From Lama glama (taxonomy: Eukaryota): a stretch of DNA of 63,713 nt. Location: positions 6,388,288 through 6,452,000 of the forward strand of contig CM052817.1 of the NCBI GenBank assembly GCA_028534125.1. The letters are read 5' to 3'. Position 1 is the first letter of the stretch; every line of letters begins with the position of its first letter. The position numbers and the translations under genes are program-made. The notes under the pieces were generated by a model. That model made no database searches, had not been told where the DNA came from, and was given only the letters and a program-made list of their open reading frames with translations. Of this stretch, positions 48,621 through 62,100 are shown in pieces.

Positions 48621-51424
48621 TTCTGGAGCCCTAACCCTTGGCATGCTCCTTCTCATCCCCATGCTCAGAAAATTGCTAATTTATTTTTTGATTCAAACTT
48701 CTGTATAATTAATCCATGTGTGTTATTTCCTTGTGGATGTCTTAAATTCCTCTGCTCTGCTGTGAACTCCACAAAGGCAGAGACCATGTCCTATTCATGC
48801 ATGGTAAACAAGGTAAAGGAATAAATCAATGAATGAATAACATGAATAATGTAATCAGTGAGGCTTCTATGAGATAATGAGAACATAATATTTGGACATT
48901 TGAGGAGAGATAAAATATGAATATCTTGGAAGATATCAATAGCATCAAAAGTTATCAATAGTAGATATCAGACATAAGCCTGAAGTTCTGGGGTTTGGAA
49001 ACCAGGGGCTGGAGCTATGGATCAGAAAAATATCTGGCCTTAGAATCAGCAAAAGTACAGAAAAGATATGAAAGGAAGGCACAATTTCAACTTCAGCAGA
49101 GCTGAAGTTCAAGATGGGAGCTTTACAGCTAAGGGGGGAAATTGAGAACAGGATCAATATGTGATACAGTTATGCTGACTCATGATTGAGCCAGAAATTT
49201 CTTATCTTTAAGCCCAATTCATCTTGGAAATTGGACTCAAGCTAACCCTAAACATGATAGTCCATTGGTCCAGTTTGGCTGAGAGAATAAACGGAGGATG
49301 GGAAAGAAGGAAGGTCAGCTTACTGTGTTCATTTTTATCACTATGATTAATAGATTCTCTTTCTCCAAATGAATTTGGCCCATTTTTCTTCTCCACTTTA
49401 TCTCTTCACTAGCCCATGGTCCTGGGAAATGGCAAAGTTCTTTTTTATAACTACACTTTCTTCATTTGTTTTATTTCTTCCCAGAAAAGAGACGTAATGT
49501 GGCATCCAGGAAATGGTTACGAGAGGACTAGGGGATGGAGGGTGGGATTGCCGCTCCCTGTATTACCCCTGAGCTGCCTGTGACTCTACAGGGACTGAGT
49601 CCAAGGTTGAAACTGAAGATAAGATGAAAAGCAACATCCGTGGTTCCATCAGCAAAAGGGATCAATGTCCAAGGATCACGTAGAGTTACCATGTATTTGG
49701 TTCCTTGACATTAATTCTTAAAATTAATTCAGAGATCTTTCAAGTGATGGTTTGTTTTACCATATTTGTTAGCTGCCTGATGATTGTGTAGTGCAGATGG
49801 TATGTCCATCAATACTATAGATCTCTGCCCATTGATTAATCTTCCTTTCCCGTGGTTAAGGGAATCAACTCAGATTACCCTTGTATTAACATATTCTCTT
49901 ACCACACCTTCTACTGCTCCCTTCTCACCAAACAACATACTTACAGCTTCCCTCCTTAGCAGTGTTTTCCATCCTCCTATCCTGTTGCTCATACTCTTCT
50001 TCCACACTTGCACCTGACTAGATATTTCCCATTATTCTAGATTCACAGGATACTTTGTCCAGAAATCTTTTTAAACTGGGTTAGAAAGGATGTTAATCCA
50101 AGACCGGGTGCATGTGGCATTTTGCTAAGATTACATTATTAATTTCCCTGTACTGGCAACTTCTTAGTGAGCTACCCAGGGAAGAGGGACCAAATAGTCC
50201 TCATTGATGATGTGTTAGATGTGCTGGGCTCATGTTAATATTTATTCAGCTGAGAAAAGATTACCACCTTCTCATTCTTTTCAAGTACAATGTCTCCTTT
50301 AACACCTCATAACCAATCCTAAGATGTGTTATCTGTGATTCCTTCTCATACTACACGAGTTTTCAGAAACACAAGAGAGTAAGAGACTAATGTTGTCATT
50401 ATTTTGGTTTATATGGGAAAACGTGATTGGGATGAATTTTTCACTTTTAAGTTCTTTTTTGCTTTTCTGCAACCATTGGTTGACACTTTAAACCAACACA
50501 CAATCTTACATGATGCTCTTCACCTAATGTACCAGTTGCCAATGTGGTATTTGCCAACCCAATAAATATAATTTACTTAATGCATTGAATAAAAATTTGA
50601 TCAAGATGCACACTGGTTTGCATATATAGAAATTAACTCTACTTCCGTGATACCCAAGGACCCAGATTTTTTTTAAAGCTGAAAAGTGGACTTTCATACT
50701 GACCTTCCTGTTGAAGTTAACATTTTGACTGGGTCATTGACATTATCTCATCTTAATTTTCACTATTGCATGTCAGAGCCTAATTCTGAGCCAGGCACTG
50801 AACTGAACATTGTGCAAGCATTTTATCATTTGGTTCTCATTTGACAGAACACAATTTATGCTCATTTTATAGAAGAGAAAACCAATTCTTACAGCAATTC
50901 AATAAAACTCAACGATGGGGCTCTGGGTGTTAAAAGTTAGGATTTTCATAAAGATCTTTCAGTCTCTAGAAGTTACACTCAAAAGTAGTAAGTTTCTCAA
51001 TTTGACTCAAATTTAAGTATTCTGTTATAATTCTATATATTTTTAAATTATGATTTTATTGTTTTCTAAACACTTTTACATTCATTATCCCAGTGGAATC
51101 TCACTTCAGTCAGTGAGCTGGGCAGTTCAAGAAAAGACTAAGACAAAAGAGGGTCATTCAGTGACTAGTTGGGAGAGCCAGCATTGGAAACTGGGCTTTC
51201 TGACTCATCCCAGGGATTATTCTCTTGAGAGGGTCATTTTAATCAAAAGTTTTATCACTTAAGTATCCTCGTGGCCTCCCCAAATGAATGCTTCTTCATC
51301 CTCCAACAAATTCCTTCTGTATCTTCTCTCTCTTTTTTCATTTAGAAAGAATATCTCCTTCTAATGCCCATTTTCCACTGCATTAAGGATGAGAAGCAGC
51401 TTTACTGTGAAAATTTTTTAAAAA

Positions 51425-52461
51425 GTTACTTCTGTACAACAACAAAAAAAAGTAAGAAAAGGAACCTACTAAAAGGAAAAATTAAATCATATATCTGATA
51501 AGGGATTAATATCCAAAATATATTAAATAACTCATACAACCAATAGCAAATGTATGTGGGAAGATTAAAAATGGGAAGATTTGTTGAAATGGCCATTATT
51601 AAAAAGACAAGAAAAAATGTAAGTGAGGACAAGCGTGGGTGGAGAAAATCAGAAACCCTTGTGCATTGTTTGTGAGAATATGAACTGGTGAAGTCACTGT
51701 AGAAAACAGTATGAAGTTTCCTCAAAAAATTAAAAATAGAACTATCTTATTATATTCAACAGTCCCATTTCTGGGTATTTATCTAACGAAAATAAAAACA
51801 CTAACTTGAGAAGAAATATGCACCGCCATGTTCACTGCGACATTATTGACAAGAGCCAACAGATGGAAACAACATATGTGTCCATCGAATGATGAATGGA
51901 TTAAAAAAGTGTGGTATGTATACACAATGGAACATTACTCAGCCACAGAAAAGAATGAAATCTTGCCATTTGCAGAAACATGGATGAACCTCAGGGGTGT
52001 TATGCTAGGTGAAATAATTCAAACTGAGAAAGACAAATACAGTATGATCTCACTTATATGTGGAATCTAAAACTAAAATACAAAACTCATAGATACAGAG
52101 AAAAGATTAGGGGTTGCTGGAGGTAGGGGGCTGGGGTATGTGGGAGAAATGGATAGATAAGGTCAAAAGGTACAAACTTCCAGTTATAAAATAAATAAAT
52201 CATGTAATGTAATATACAGGATGGGGACTATAATTAATATTGCATATTTTCAAAGTTGCTAAGAGAGTAGATCTTAAAAGTTCTCATCACAATAAAAAGT
52301 TTGTAACTATGTAAGGGGATGGGTGTTGACTTATTATGGTGATCATTTATCAACGTATACATATATCGAATCATTTGTTGTACACCTGAAATATGACATA
52401 ATGTTATACGTCAATTATATTTAAATTAAACACAAACAATTAAAGAAAAGAAAAGAAATAA
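51425..52461 (+). mobile_element. 5'-truncated LINE-1 (L1MA9/10-like)
   Basis: ORF 51828-52070 WKQHMCPSNDEWIKKVWYVYTMEHYSATEKNEILPFAETWMNL...EKDKYSMISLICGI is the ORF2p C-terminus; L1MA-type 3' UTR (gtacaaacttccagttataa...gttgctaagagagtagatcttaaaagttctcatcac) and A-rich tail. Confidence 0.94.
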
Positions 52462-53034
52462 TAGTTTGAAGTGCTACCTGTAGGCTTAAAAACATTCAGA
52501 CTTTGGTGTAATAACCACCTTTTTATACAGACTCAAAGGGATTGTAGACGGTAATGTGGATCTCAGGGGTTTAGAAGACTTAAATACACTCACTTTTTGA
52601 TGTTGTGAACACAGACAGTGTCCTTTGAATTACCTACTAAGTGGAAAGTTTGAAAAGGTTGATCCCTTAAGTCATAATCATGGTGTAGGTGCACATTTCA
52701 TGTTTGAAAGTTATATTTTAAAGTCTGAAACAGTGTCTTTAATAATCATAAAGTGTACAGAAGGATTAAAGTACCTTAATTATATATTATTTTTTCAGTG
52801 ATTACATCTCTATATATTTTTAATGTATATTGAATTATAAATATGTGATCTATATGTATTTTTTCAGTATTAAAAATGTTGAAATCTGACAATGCTTTCA
52901 TAAAGAAAGATGGGTAGAATTATTTCTTGTGAATCAAAATAAAACACAGCCTTTAAGGATCCTGGTTATATTTTAAGACCCAGAGAACAAACCTTTGGAG
53001 GTATTTCTGACCCCCAATATGGTGTGAAGAGAAA

Positions 53035-53240
53035 CAAATTAACATGTATTTAGCAAAGCTGTGGGCCAGGGCATCTTTTTTAAAGGATGATCTCATTTTA
53101 GTCTTACTGCCATTCTGTGAGAGGGTACTATCCCATTTTATGGATGAGAAAACTAAAGCTCTGAGAGGTTTAATACCCATTATTGCCACATAGCTAGCAA
53201 TCAAATTCAGATCTGCTTGACACAGCTGGTTTATACTCTC
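53035..53240 (-). mobile_element. MIR SINE
   Basis: tactatcccattttatggatgagaaaactaaagctctgagaggttt...ccacatagcta. Confidence 0.8.
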
Positions 53241-54986
53241 TGTGTGATAGTCATTTGATGTTTTTAAACTGAGAATATGTATTTAAACATACACACACAC
53301 TCTCTCTATTTGTAAAAAATCAACTAAATTTCAAACAGAAACACACAATGTTCCAGCCCAAACAGTGGGGTTTATTGCTCATGAGCAGCAACCTTATCAC
53401 TTCTGAAGGAAGGCAGTAGGTGAGTGGATGTTGGACCCTGTCAAACCTACATCCCTCCCCCATCTTAATGGGAGGATCCCAAGGGATTACGGATTCTCTG
53501 GGACATATAGAACACAACTTGAAAACCACCAATATGATCCAAGTGTCCTGTTGGTTTTGTTCTCTAAGGATCCAGAATTGGAGATCCAGAAACCCTCTCT
53601 TGTCCTAGGACCCTCAGTTTCATCCACAACCCGAACCTGTTGAACTTCATCCCTTGTACTTAAACCAGGTCCATCTAGAATGGGGATCAGTGCCCAGAAC
53701 ACAGTGGGACCTCAGTCGACACTCAGTGAATAAAGGAAACTATAGAAAATTACCTCCTATCTAATGGTCTTCAACAGATACTAATTTAATTTATCCCTCA
53801 ACACTCTGGGTTTGTCGCATTAACCTTATTTCTTAAAGGAGAATCTTAAACTCAGTGATTTAAGAAGCTTACTTATGATCGCGGTGTTGCTAAATGGTTG
53901 AACTGGGATTCAGATAGAACGAAATCTAAATCTAGTGTACTTTTGAAAAGCAACTACCTTCTCTCTACACGTACTGGGAGAACCAAATGATGTGGAAAAT
54001 TTGATATGATAACCTCTTCACAAAAGCCTAATTGACTATATGAATATAAAACATTATATTTATTTCAATGTTGCCCACTTTTCCCAAAAGGCTTTCACTC
54101 CACCTTGTAAAATTGATTATCCAGCCAATGATGCAGGCCATCCAAAGTGGTAGAAAATTATCTCTAAACGTTAAAAGCATATCGCACTGTTGGGATTATG
54201 TACCGGGGCAGCCGCACTATTTGCTACCTCAGCAGCTGCAACCTGAGGCATCATTCTCTCTTGAAAAGAGAGATTTGCTCTTTAACAGCGGTAGGACTAT
54301 GCAAATTACATCCACAAGGCTCAATTTCCTCCTTCCAAAGCCAAGAGCAGTCATATGCCTCTGGAAGGTTTACTACGTAATAAGTGATTAGGATACAAGC
54401 TGACTGGGAGTCAGGATGCTTGGGGTGGATCCCAGTTCCCCTACTCATGAATGAGAGTGTTTTGTGATTGCACCCATAAAAATAGTATTAGAAGAGTTAA
54501 TACATGGAGCACACCAAGAACACTGTCAGCACAGCACATTTCTTGTCATAAGTGCTCAAGAAGTGTTGGCTACGGGTGTTTTAAAATTATCTCCTACGTC
54601 AGTAACACCTAGCCCAGGGTTTTTGACACTGCCTGAAGCAATGGCGGCATTCAGAGTTTTCTGCAGCTCACAAGGTGCTGTCGTGAGCTCCCGTTCATTT
54701 CATCTTCACGACCATCCTATCAACGGGAGCTGGGCATCCTACTCCCTTGGGGCTTATCCTGCCGGCTCTGCCAGACGTCAGGGGATCCCCAGCTCACTCA
54801 GAACTTTACCCTACCTGGCTGCCTGCTGCCACACTTAAGCTCTCAAAGGAGCATGACAAGGACAGCTCAACTGCACACCTTTGTGAAACCTGCGTCTCAC
54901 TTCATCCCTGAACCCTACAGCTTTCTAAGCCTGGGTGCAGCGTTAGTCGGTGCAGACTCTGCAAGGATCCCTTTGGAACTTCAGCT

Positions 54987-55580
54987 TCTTAGAGCAGGTA
55001 GACAGCTAGATACGAGGAGAGGAAGAGGGGGCACAGGTCAAGTTGTAGGAAACCATATGTCTTGTAAACAACGCATGTTGGGCAAACAAAGAAAAACAGG
55101 AACCTATGGACTGACAGGAAGCCATATATCTTGAGGTGACAGGGGTCCCAGAGGCAGATAAAGAAAAGTGGGAAAAGGCAAGAATCTCTGGCATCTGAAT
55201 GTAACCACTTGCTCATTCTGCCTTTATTACAATTAAACTAGCCTTGCAGATAAGAAGCACCCACCACGCACTGATGCCATGACACTTTTGATCCAGTCCA
55301 AGTAAGGGCAAAAATCCTCCTCCCCTCGGGAAGGTGGAACTGGGATGAAAATCAGGAAATATGTTACCAAACCCTCCCTCTCCAGTGAATATCCCATACA
55401 TTCATTTTTACACGTCATATAACCAGCTTGCCAGAGAGACTTAGCACAGCCACTCACCCGAGTCTCCCTGCCCTCCCCTTGAGAGCATCCTATCACTTAA
55501 TAAATCCTTGCTTCGCTTTCCTGACCTCCTTGTTTGTCTCTGAATTCCGTGACAAGACAAGAACTTATTCTCAGACAACA
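54987..55580 (+). mobile_element. ERV1-type solo LTR, 594 bp, with perfect 4-bp TSD (AGCT)
   Basis: agct at 54983-54986 and 55581-55584; begins tcttagagc (TG probably mutated to TC) and ends acaaca; TATAA at 55418-55422 and AATAAA at 55499-55504. Confidence 0.9.
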
Positions 55581-57364
55581 AGCTCAAGGTCTTATATTCA
55601 TTCCAAAACGGGTTCTTCTGACACTTGGCTGCAGACAGACGCGACAGTTTCTTTTTTCGTTGCTGTTATTGTGGTCGCTGTTGTTTTTAATTCTGTAATC
55701 AAGTGAGATTAGTAAATACTGCAAGCCACAATAAATTTTAAGCTTCTAAAAAATCTTACGGTATTTTCCAAGCTTATTTAACTCACAATTTTCATCTTTT
55801 TATGTTGTAGTACCACCTATATAACTTTAAATGCATAGAGTATAGTTTTTACATATATACATGTTTATATGTAATTGGGAAAAGAATAAAAATTTGAGAT
55901 AGGTGACTCCACCTTAAGATTGCTGATGCCTCTGTGGGAGAATTAATAAGAGTAGGACTGGGTAGGGATTGACTTCAGCTGTGTATAGAACTTACTAGTT
56001 TTTAATGGTTATCTTACGACATTGGATATGCCACCTCAAGAAATCCTGCTTAAAAGTTGTCTCTGTTTTTAAATATTATTTCTCAATTTTAACAAATGTT
56101 CCCTGGAAGTCCTCTTTTTTTTTTTTTTTTTTTTTTGCCACACATGGTATTTCTGTGGGTTTGGATTAGAAGGGCTCACAGGTGTGCTCAGAGATACCCG
56201 ATGAGAAAAGATGCCTGCATTTTAACCATCACACCACCTCTGCACAGATTCTTCAGAGAAAGTTTCAGCAGAATCCTTTCCTGTCAGGGGAAGGTCACGG
56301 TCACAATCTCCCATCATTGATTCATGCAGTGACCTTCAGGAGTCCAGCCACCATCTCCTCCTCCTCTGTGTCCCCTTCTAGGAGGCAGGCAGGATGCTGA
56401 GAAAACAAGCTGACCAGAGCTTCCTGTAACATGGAACAGCTTCAGGGCAGGAGATTCAGAAGGAAGGGCTTAGGTTTACTTTCTTCCAGATTCCTCTTTC
56501 TTGGAAAGTCATAGAGAATATTGAATTATTCTCCCCTTCCCCATAGAACCTTCTTTGAGAAACGCTGCCAGGGAGACCAAGCACAGGCTTCAGCAGCCAG
56601 CTAATGACCCCCGTTTTCTCTGAAACCCATCACAGCCTCCAGCACCTCCCACAAAGACAGCTCAGCCAGCCTGGAATTTCACGCTGGTATCAGGGAAACA
56701 CGGAACAAGCACAAATAGCAAAATAAAACGGACCCCTTTGCTCCTGCCACCAGTATCACACTTCCTTATGGGCACCCCTTTCAGTGTCTGGGGGCTTTCC
56801 CATTTCTATTTGATGCATGTCAGTTGATGCATGTTAGTGATCTTAACTTCAGCAAAAATAGTAAGTTAAAAAAAAAAAACAGCAAACATGGTAGTGGCAG
56901 AATTAGATCTTGGGACTTGATTTGAAAGGAAAAACATTCCTAGTCTTCTGACTTGTGTCCTCAAGATTAAGGACGAGGGTGGGGACAGTCCGTGAAGGGA
57001 AGTGAGAGATAGTGGCTCGCATTACATGGACATCTACTTGGTCCCAAGAGCCGCGGTAGGTAGAGACAGTATTCCTCCTTCTGAAGGGCTTACCTATAAG
57101 GTGCCGTGGGTAAGACCTCCTCCGGAAAGAGAAGATCTTGAATTTTCTCCACTTTGTCATTAACTTCTTTGTCAAAAACTATACTATTGTGTCAGAGATT
57201 GATGAATGCTTTTTGAGGTTAATCATTTATAAAAATAGGAAGGTGTAGTGTAGGGAGGTCTGCATAGGTAAGCTGACATCAAGTTCCCAAACAAAAGTCA
57301 AGAGATTGACAGTAAGTCTGAAAGATGATACAACAGTAGAAATCGCCCATGAATTAAAGGCAGG

Positions 57365-57727
57365 TGCTATGAACTGAAACCTTGTTTCTCCTCAAAGTTC
57401 ATATATTGAAGCCTTAGTCATCCTCAGTGTGAGGGTTTGGAGATAGGGCCTTTGAGGTTATTTAGGTCATGAGAGTGGAGCTGTCACGAGGGATTAGCGC
57501 CCTTATAAGAAGAGACATGAAAGACACGCTATTTCTTTTTGACATCTGAGGATATAGAAAGAAGGCAGCTGTCTGAAAAATAGGAAGAAGGTCTTCAACA
57601 GGCACTAAATCTGCCAGCCTCTTGCTCTTGGACTTCCCAGCTATCAGAACTGTGAGAAATAAATGTCTGTTGTTGAAACCACCTCATTTATGGCATTCTG
57701 TTTGAGCAGCCCAAACTGACTAAGACA
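57365..57727 (+). mobile_element. MaLR solo LTR (MLT1A0-like)
   Basis: tgctatgaactgaa...ttggagatagggccttt...gggattagcgcccttataagaagagac...ttggacttcccagc...agaactgtgagaaataaatgtctgttgtt...gactaagaca. Confidence 0.92.
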
Positions 57728-58689
57728 GGGGGAATCACATATTCTTAAGTACCTTTTTTTTTTTTTAATTCTCCCAGACCTGTGAATGCAGGTCTGGGGC
57801 CAGGAAAGTTTTAACTCAAAATGAATATTTTCTCATTTTATATCAATATCCTACTTTCGTTTTGCATGATTGCACCTAAAGCAATTGCATATCCATTGCT
57901 CTATATTTGGTGATCAGCAGTGCCACAGACAAGGCTGGCGCTGTTAGTGCTACTGAACATGTAGGAAACGAGGTGGAATCCTGCTCAAGGTCATGCCATC
58001 TAAGTAGCACAGTTAGAACTAAATCAAAGTGTTCACCTTCTTTTCTTTACACCATGTTCATCCTTAATCTAAGTGGGCTAAGTAGAATCAAACCTCAGTA
58101 ATCAACATGATGCTGCACTCATATTAGGTGTGTAGAAATAAGCATACAAGAAGGTTGAACCGCTTGGTTGAGACAGCACTTTTTCTATTTGGAACGCTAC
58201 CTGTCCTTCTCTGTGGAGACGTTATCAATGGCAGCCTGCTAACTTTCCCATCAGAGTATGACTCTATTTGTTTTCATCCCAAAGTAGCACAGGAGTGATT
58301 TTTCTACTATCTTTTAATTTTTTTCCATGGTAGGAAAATCCTCCTGTGAAATGCCCTGGAAAATAGGATTTGAAACTTTGATTAGCGGCAGGTTGTTTTT
58401 ATTTTATGGTGGTGTAAATTAATCTCTCCATGTTCAGAAAGTCCTGTCCCCATAGGATCTTATCTTTTGTGTACTTCAAAGAACAGCTCCTAAGCCTGAG
58501 ACGCTGTGAAAATTCAGCATTAACACTGAAAAGTAATAGCTTTGGTTACACACAACCAAAGGCAGGTTTTGAGGTCAAATTGACTTTTTTTGTTGTTTTA
58601 TTTAGAATCAAAGAGATTCAAAACACTAAGTGCTTATTAGCGTTTCACACTTTGTATTAGGTGTATATCTTCAATCATACCTATGTCTC

Positions 58690-59070
58690 TTATGTCCCTT
58701 CCCCAACCCCCTCCTCATTTGGCTTACTCTTATTCATTCATTAAGTTATTGATTAATTTTCTCTTCCTCAGAAAAAATACCTCAATTCCTCTATACACTT
58801 CTCACCACTCAACCAGTGTCAGATGCCAAACCCTTCCCTTACTGTTGGTGTTCCTGTAGCTTCTGTACATACCTTCTATTAGTAGACATCATGCCAATTG
58901 TTAATTGTGTGCTTAACTCTCTCCCAACAGAGTATACACTACTTGAGAATAGAAATGAAAGCATTGTGACCTCTACCACTTCCAATGATTGGCAGACTAA
59001 TCAGTATTTGGTAAATTGTCAACACATATTTATTGAATTGATGATGAATGAGTCAGGGAATAAGTGAAGG
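58690..59070 (+). mobile_element. L2 3' region
   Basis: tggcttactcttattcattc...ctctctcccaacagagtatac...tcaacacatatttattgaattgatgatgaatga. Confidence 0.65.
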
Positions 59071-60184
59071 ATTGCCCTTAATCTCCAGAACAGCTAACGT
59101 GATAGATAACTGCACTTGAATTTTTGAGATGAGAAAGCTAAGAATCAGAGAACTTAACTCATAACCATGGCTGTGCAAAGACTAAACTGCAAAGCTGAAA
59201 TTAAAATCCAAGGTTTTGTTATTTCAAATCTGATTCTACCTAGAAGCTGCAGATTAAAATTTGGAGAAAATGCAGTTATGATTGTGGTTCTTGCTTAATG
59301 ACGAAATCCAGCAAGTGTAGCTTGGCAGATATCCTGTTTTTAATGGCATACGGTTTGAAAACTACAGAAGCTCTAGAAGTGTCTCTGAACTAGTACTTCA
59401 GTTGAAATCAAGAAGGGATTTGAAAACTCTAGCCTCCAAAGAGCCAAAAAAAAAAAAAAAACGAGACGGCAAGACTCAAAGGGTGGTAAGTTTAGTGTTA
59501 AAAACAATAAGAAACAGTTATGTATGGTAAAGCACAGGGACTTCTGAGAATGGATCTGGTGATTTCAAAAGAGCTTTGATTTTGAGAAGTGAGGTGTGTT
59601 TGATTGGGTTCTGCCACTTGGTGGGAGCATTGGTTGATAGGATCAGGGGCTCCACTCTGAAGTCCCTCAGCCCGCCTCCTCCTGAGCTGCCCTGGAATAT
59701 TTTCCCATTCTATCCCTGAGAAATTGAGTTTAAATGAAAACAAGCTCTCTTACTATTGGCTTTTAACCAATTATTGTAAAGAATGAAATCATCATTTAAA
59801 AAACAGAAATGAAATTAGCCTATATATTTGTGGCAAAATATGTGTTTCATCACTAACCTAACACAGGCTTAAGAATATTAATCACTGTTTTTTAGTATTT
59901 AAAAAAAAGGCCTTAATTGCTCTTGTTTGGCAGGAACTTGAGTGTCCTTGAACGATGATGGGATGTGATGTTAGAACGTTGGAGTTGAAGGCCAGCTCTG
60001 CCAAATGAATTTGGGCTTATGTCATAGTTTCTCTGATTCTGAGCATATAAACTATGGGATTCCCAACACCCATTTCCCAGGGTGACAGACAGGACTGAAG
60101 GAGGCTACATTTGAGGAAAACACCCAGGACAACTCCCCATAGGAGGACCATGGAACTGTTGCTGGTTTCTTCTCTCAACACCAT

Positions 60185-60372
60185 ATTTACCAGTTGTGTG
60201 ACTTTGGGTCAGTTACATGATCGATTTGACTCTCATTGATTCTCATCTACGAAACAAACAAACAAACTAAAGCAGTAACTATCTTGTATTTTTTTTTTGT
60301 GAAAAGTGGATAAATTAATATATACAACATTCTTAGAATGCTTAACATAGCAAATGCACTTAAAATATTTTT
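60185..60372 (+). mobile_element. MIR SINE
   Basis: atttaccagttgtgtgactttgggtcagttac...ttctcatct...cttaacatagcaaatgcacttaaaatatt. Confidence 0.75.
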
Positions 60373-61169
60373 ATTTCCTTCCTTCATCTCCAACTGGCAC
60401 TTTCTTCAGCCATGAAAATGGGATTAAACATTCCTGTTACAAAAGATAATTTTAAGAATTAGACTTACATATTGATTATGTTCTAAAGCTTTCCAAAAGT
60501 TTTGGTTGTTAATGTCATGACACAGCACTGGTTATGCAGCATGAAATGCCCGTTCTCTCCCCGTCTTATGCTTTTCATAAAGAAGGAACAAACAAAGGCA
60601 CTCATGTCCAGTAACCTCAGGGCTCGTGTTTTATCCAAACTTCTTGACGAGAACATTTCAAGAAAGAAAGCTGTGCACCGTGGGCTCAAGCAGTCTATGT
60701 GGAGGACCATGCCTCTTGTCCATGCTCCCTGGGGTGTGCTGCACTCCTGTATTCAGAGGCAGACACTTTCTCAGAAATAGACTACAGAGCTTCTAGAAAG
60801 CTGACAGCTGCTCCCAGGCTTCCCAGATCCTTTCTAAAAATCCTGACGATTGCTCTGTAAATGAACTGGTGGTGAGTAGTAAATGCAGGGGCAGTGGCTG
60901 GTAGCCCAGTTGATCATAGAAGAATAGATGGGTTTTCTTCATGTCTTCTATTTCCCTCTGAATTTAGTTTTCCTGAGGAAAGCAACCATTAAAAGTTAGA
61001 GGAGAGTACATTAGCTTGGAGCCAGAGGATCTGAAGCAATATTTTGTGTATGTTATTTTCCAGTGAAAACACTTTGAATGACTTTCCTTTGCCTCCTGAA
61101 CAAACCATGTGCTACAGATTGAGTGATTGTGTCTTTTAGGGGCTGCCACCGCAATGGGTGTGGTGTACA

Positions 61170-61707
61170 GAGCATCCAGCTTAAAGACCTCATGGAGTTT
61201 GCTTTGGTAGATTTTGGACTTGCTGGGACCTGTCAATCTTTTCTTTCTGATTTCTCCCTTTTGAAATGGTAATAAATATTCTCTGCCTGCCCCGCCCTTG
61301 TATGTTGGAAGCACTAACTTGTCTGGTTTCACAGGTTCAGAGCTAGAGAGGAATTTTGTCTCAGGATGAATCATACCTCAAGTGTCACCCATACCTGATT
61401 TAGATGATACTTAGATAAGACTTTGGACTTTAGAATTTAGAGTTGTTGTTTGAATGAATTAAGACTTGGGTCCCATGGGGTGAGGGTATAGCCGAGTGGT
61501 AGAGCATGTGCTTAGCATGCATGAGGTCCTGGGTTCAATCCCCAGTACCTCCACCAAAGATAAACCTAATTACTTCCCCTTGCAAATAAAATAATTAAAT
61601 GATACAATAATAAATAAAATTAAAAAAAAGACTTGGATCCAATTTGAATGTAATGAATACATTTTGCATGTGAAAAGGACATACATTTTGGGGATCCAGG
61701 GGTGAAA
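61170..61707 (+). mobile_element. MaLR internal 3' segment (MLT1A-int-like) ending in a polypurine tract, interrupted by a SINE
   Basis: ttttggacttgctgggacc...atttctcccttttgaaatgg...ttgtatgttggaagca...ttcacaggttca...actttggacttt...attttgcatgtgaaaaggacat...ttttggggatccaggggtgaaa, directly followed by the LTR. Confidence 0.85.
61477..61627 (+). mobile_element. tRNA-Ala(AGC)-derived SINE, camelid vic-1-like, with A-rich tail and 16-bp TSD
   Basis: Head closely resembles tRNA-Ala; A box 61489-61499, B box GGTTCAATCCC 61532-61542; taaacctaattacttcccc plus AT-rich tail; TSD aagacttgggtcccat (61461-61476) / aagacttggatccaat (61628-61643), with tt|aaga L1-endonuclease site. Confidence 0.92.
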
Positions 61708-62100
61708 TATTACGGACTGAATGCATCCCCCCAGAATTTGTATGTTGAATCCCTAATTCCCAGCATGACTGTATTTGGAGATAGAATCTTCAAGACAGTC
61801 ATAAAGGTTAAATGAAGCCCTAAGAGTAGAGCCCTGATCCCACAGGATTAGTGTCCTCATAAGAAGAGACACTAGAGAGCTCTCTCTTTCTCCCAGAGTG
61901 CATGTATGAGAAAGGCTATGTGAGGACAGAGTGAGCGTGTGGCCACTAGCAAACCAGGAAGAGATGCCTCACCAGTAACTGGCCCCAGCAGACTTAGATC
62001 TGGAACTTGTAGCCCTGAGAGCTGTGAGATTATACACTTCTGTTGTTTAAGCCATCTAGTCTGTGCTAGTTTGTTATGGAAGCCCAAGCAGACTAAGACA
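61708..62100 (+). mobile_element. MaLR 3' LTR (MLT1A-like)
   Basis: tattacggactgaatg...tatgttgaatccctaattcccagcatgactgtatttggagatag...aaggttaaatga...ggattagtgtcctcataagaagagac...gcagactaagaca. Confidence 0.92.

Noticed and set aside
53376..53387. 12-bp palindrome TGCTCATGAGCA (also tgcctgcaggca near 42238)
   Set aside because: Several 12-bp palindromes are expected by chance in 64 kb.
57027..57164. ATG-initiated 45-codon ORF (MDIYLVPRAAVGRDS...) with a GTAAGA donor-like site
   Set aside because: No recognisable homology, promoter or CpG-island context.
61477..61553. Functional tRNA-Ala(AGC) gene
   Set aside because: Extra 5' bases, an imperfect acceptor stem, CpG-decay substitutions, a SINE-type tail and a flanking TSD indicate a retroposed SINE.
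57365..62100. The two same-strand MLT1A-type LTRs as 5' and 3' LTRs of one provirus
   Set aside because: The LTRs differ in subtype-level sequence, and the interval contains older L2 and MIR relics that could not lie inside a younger element.
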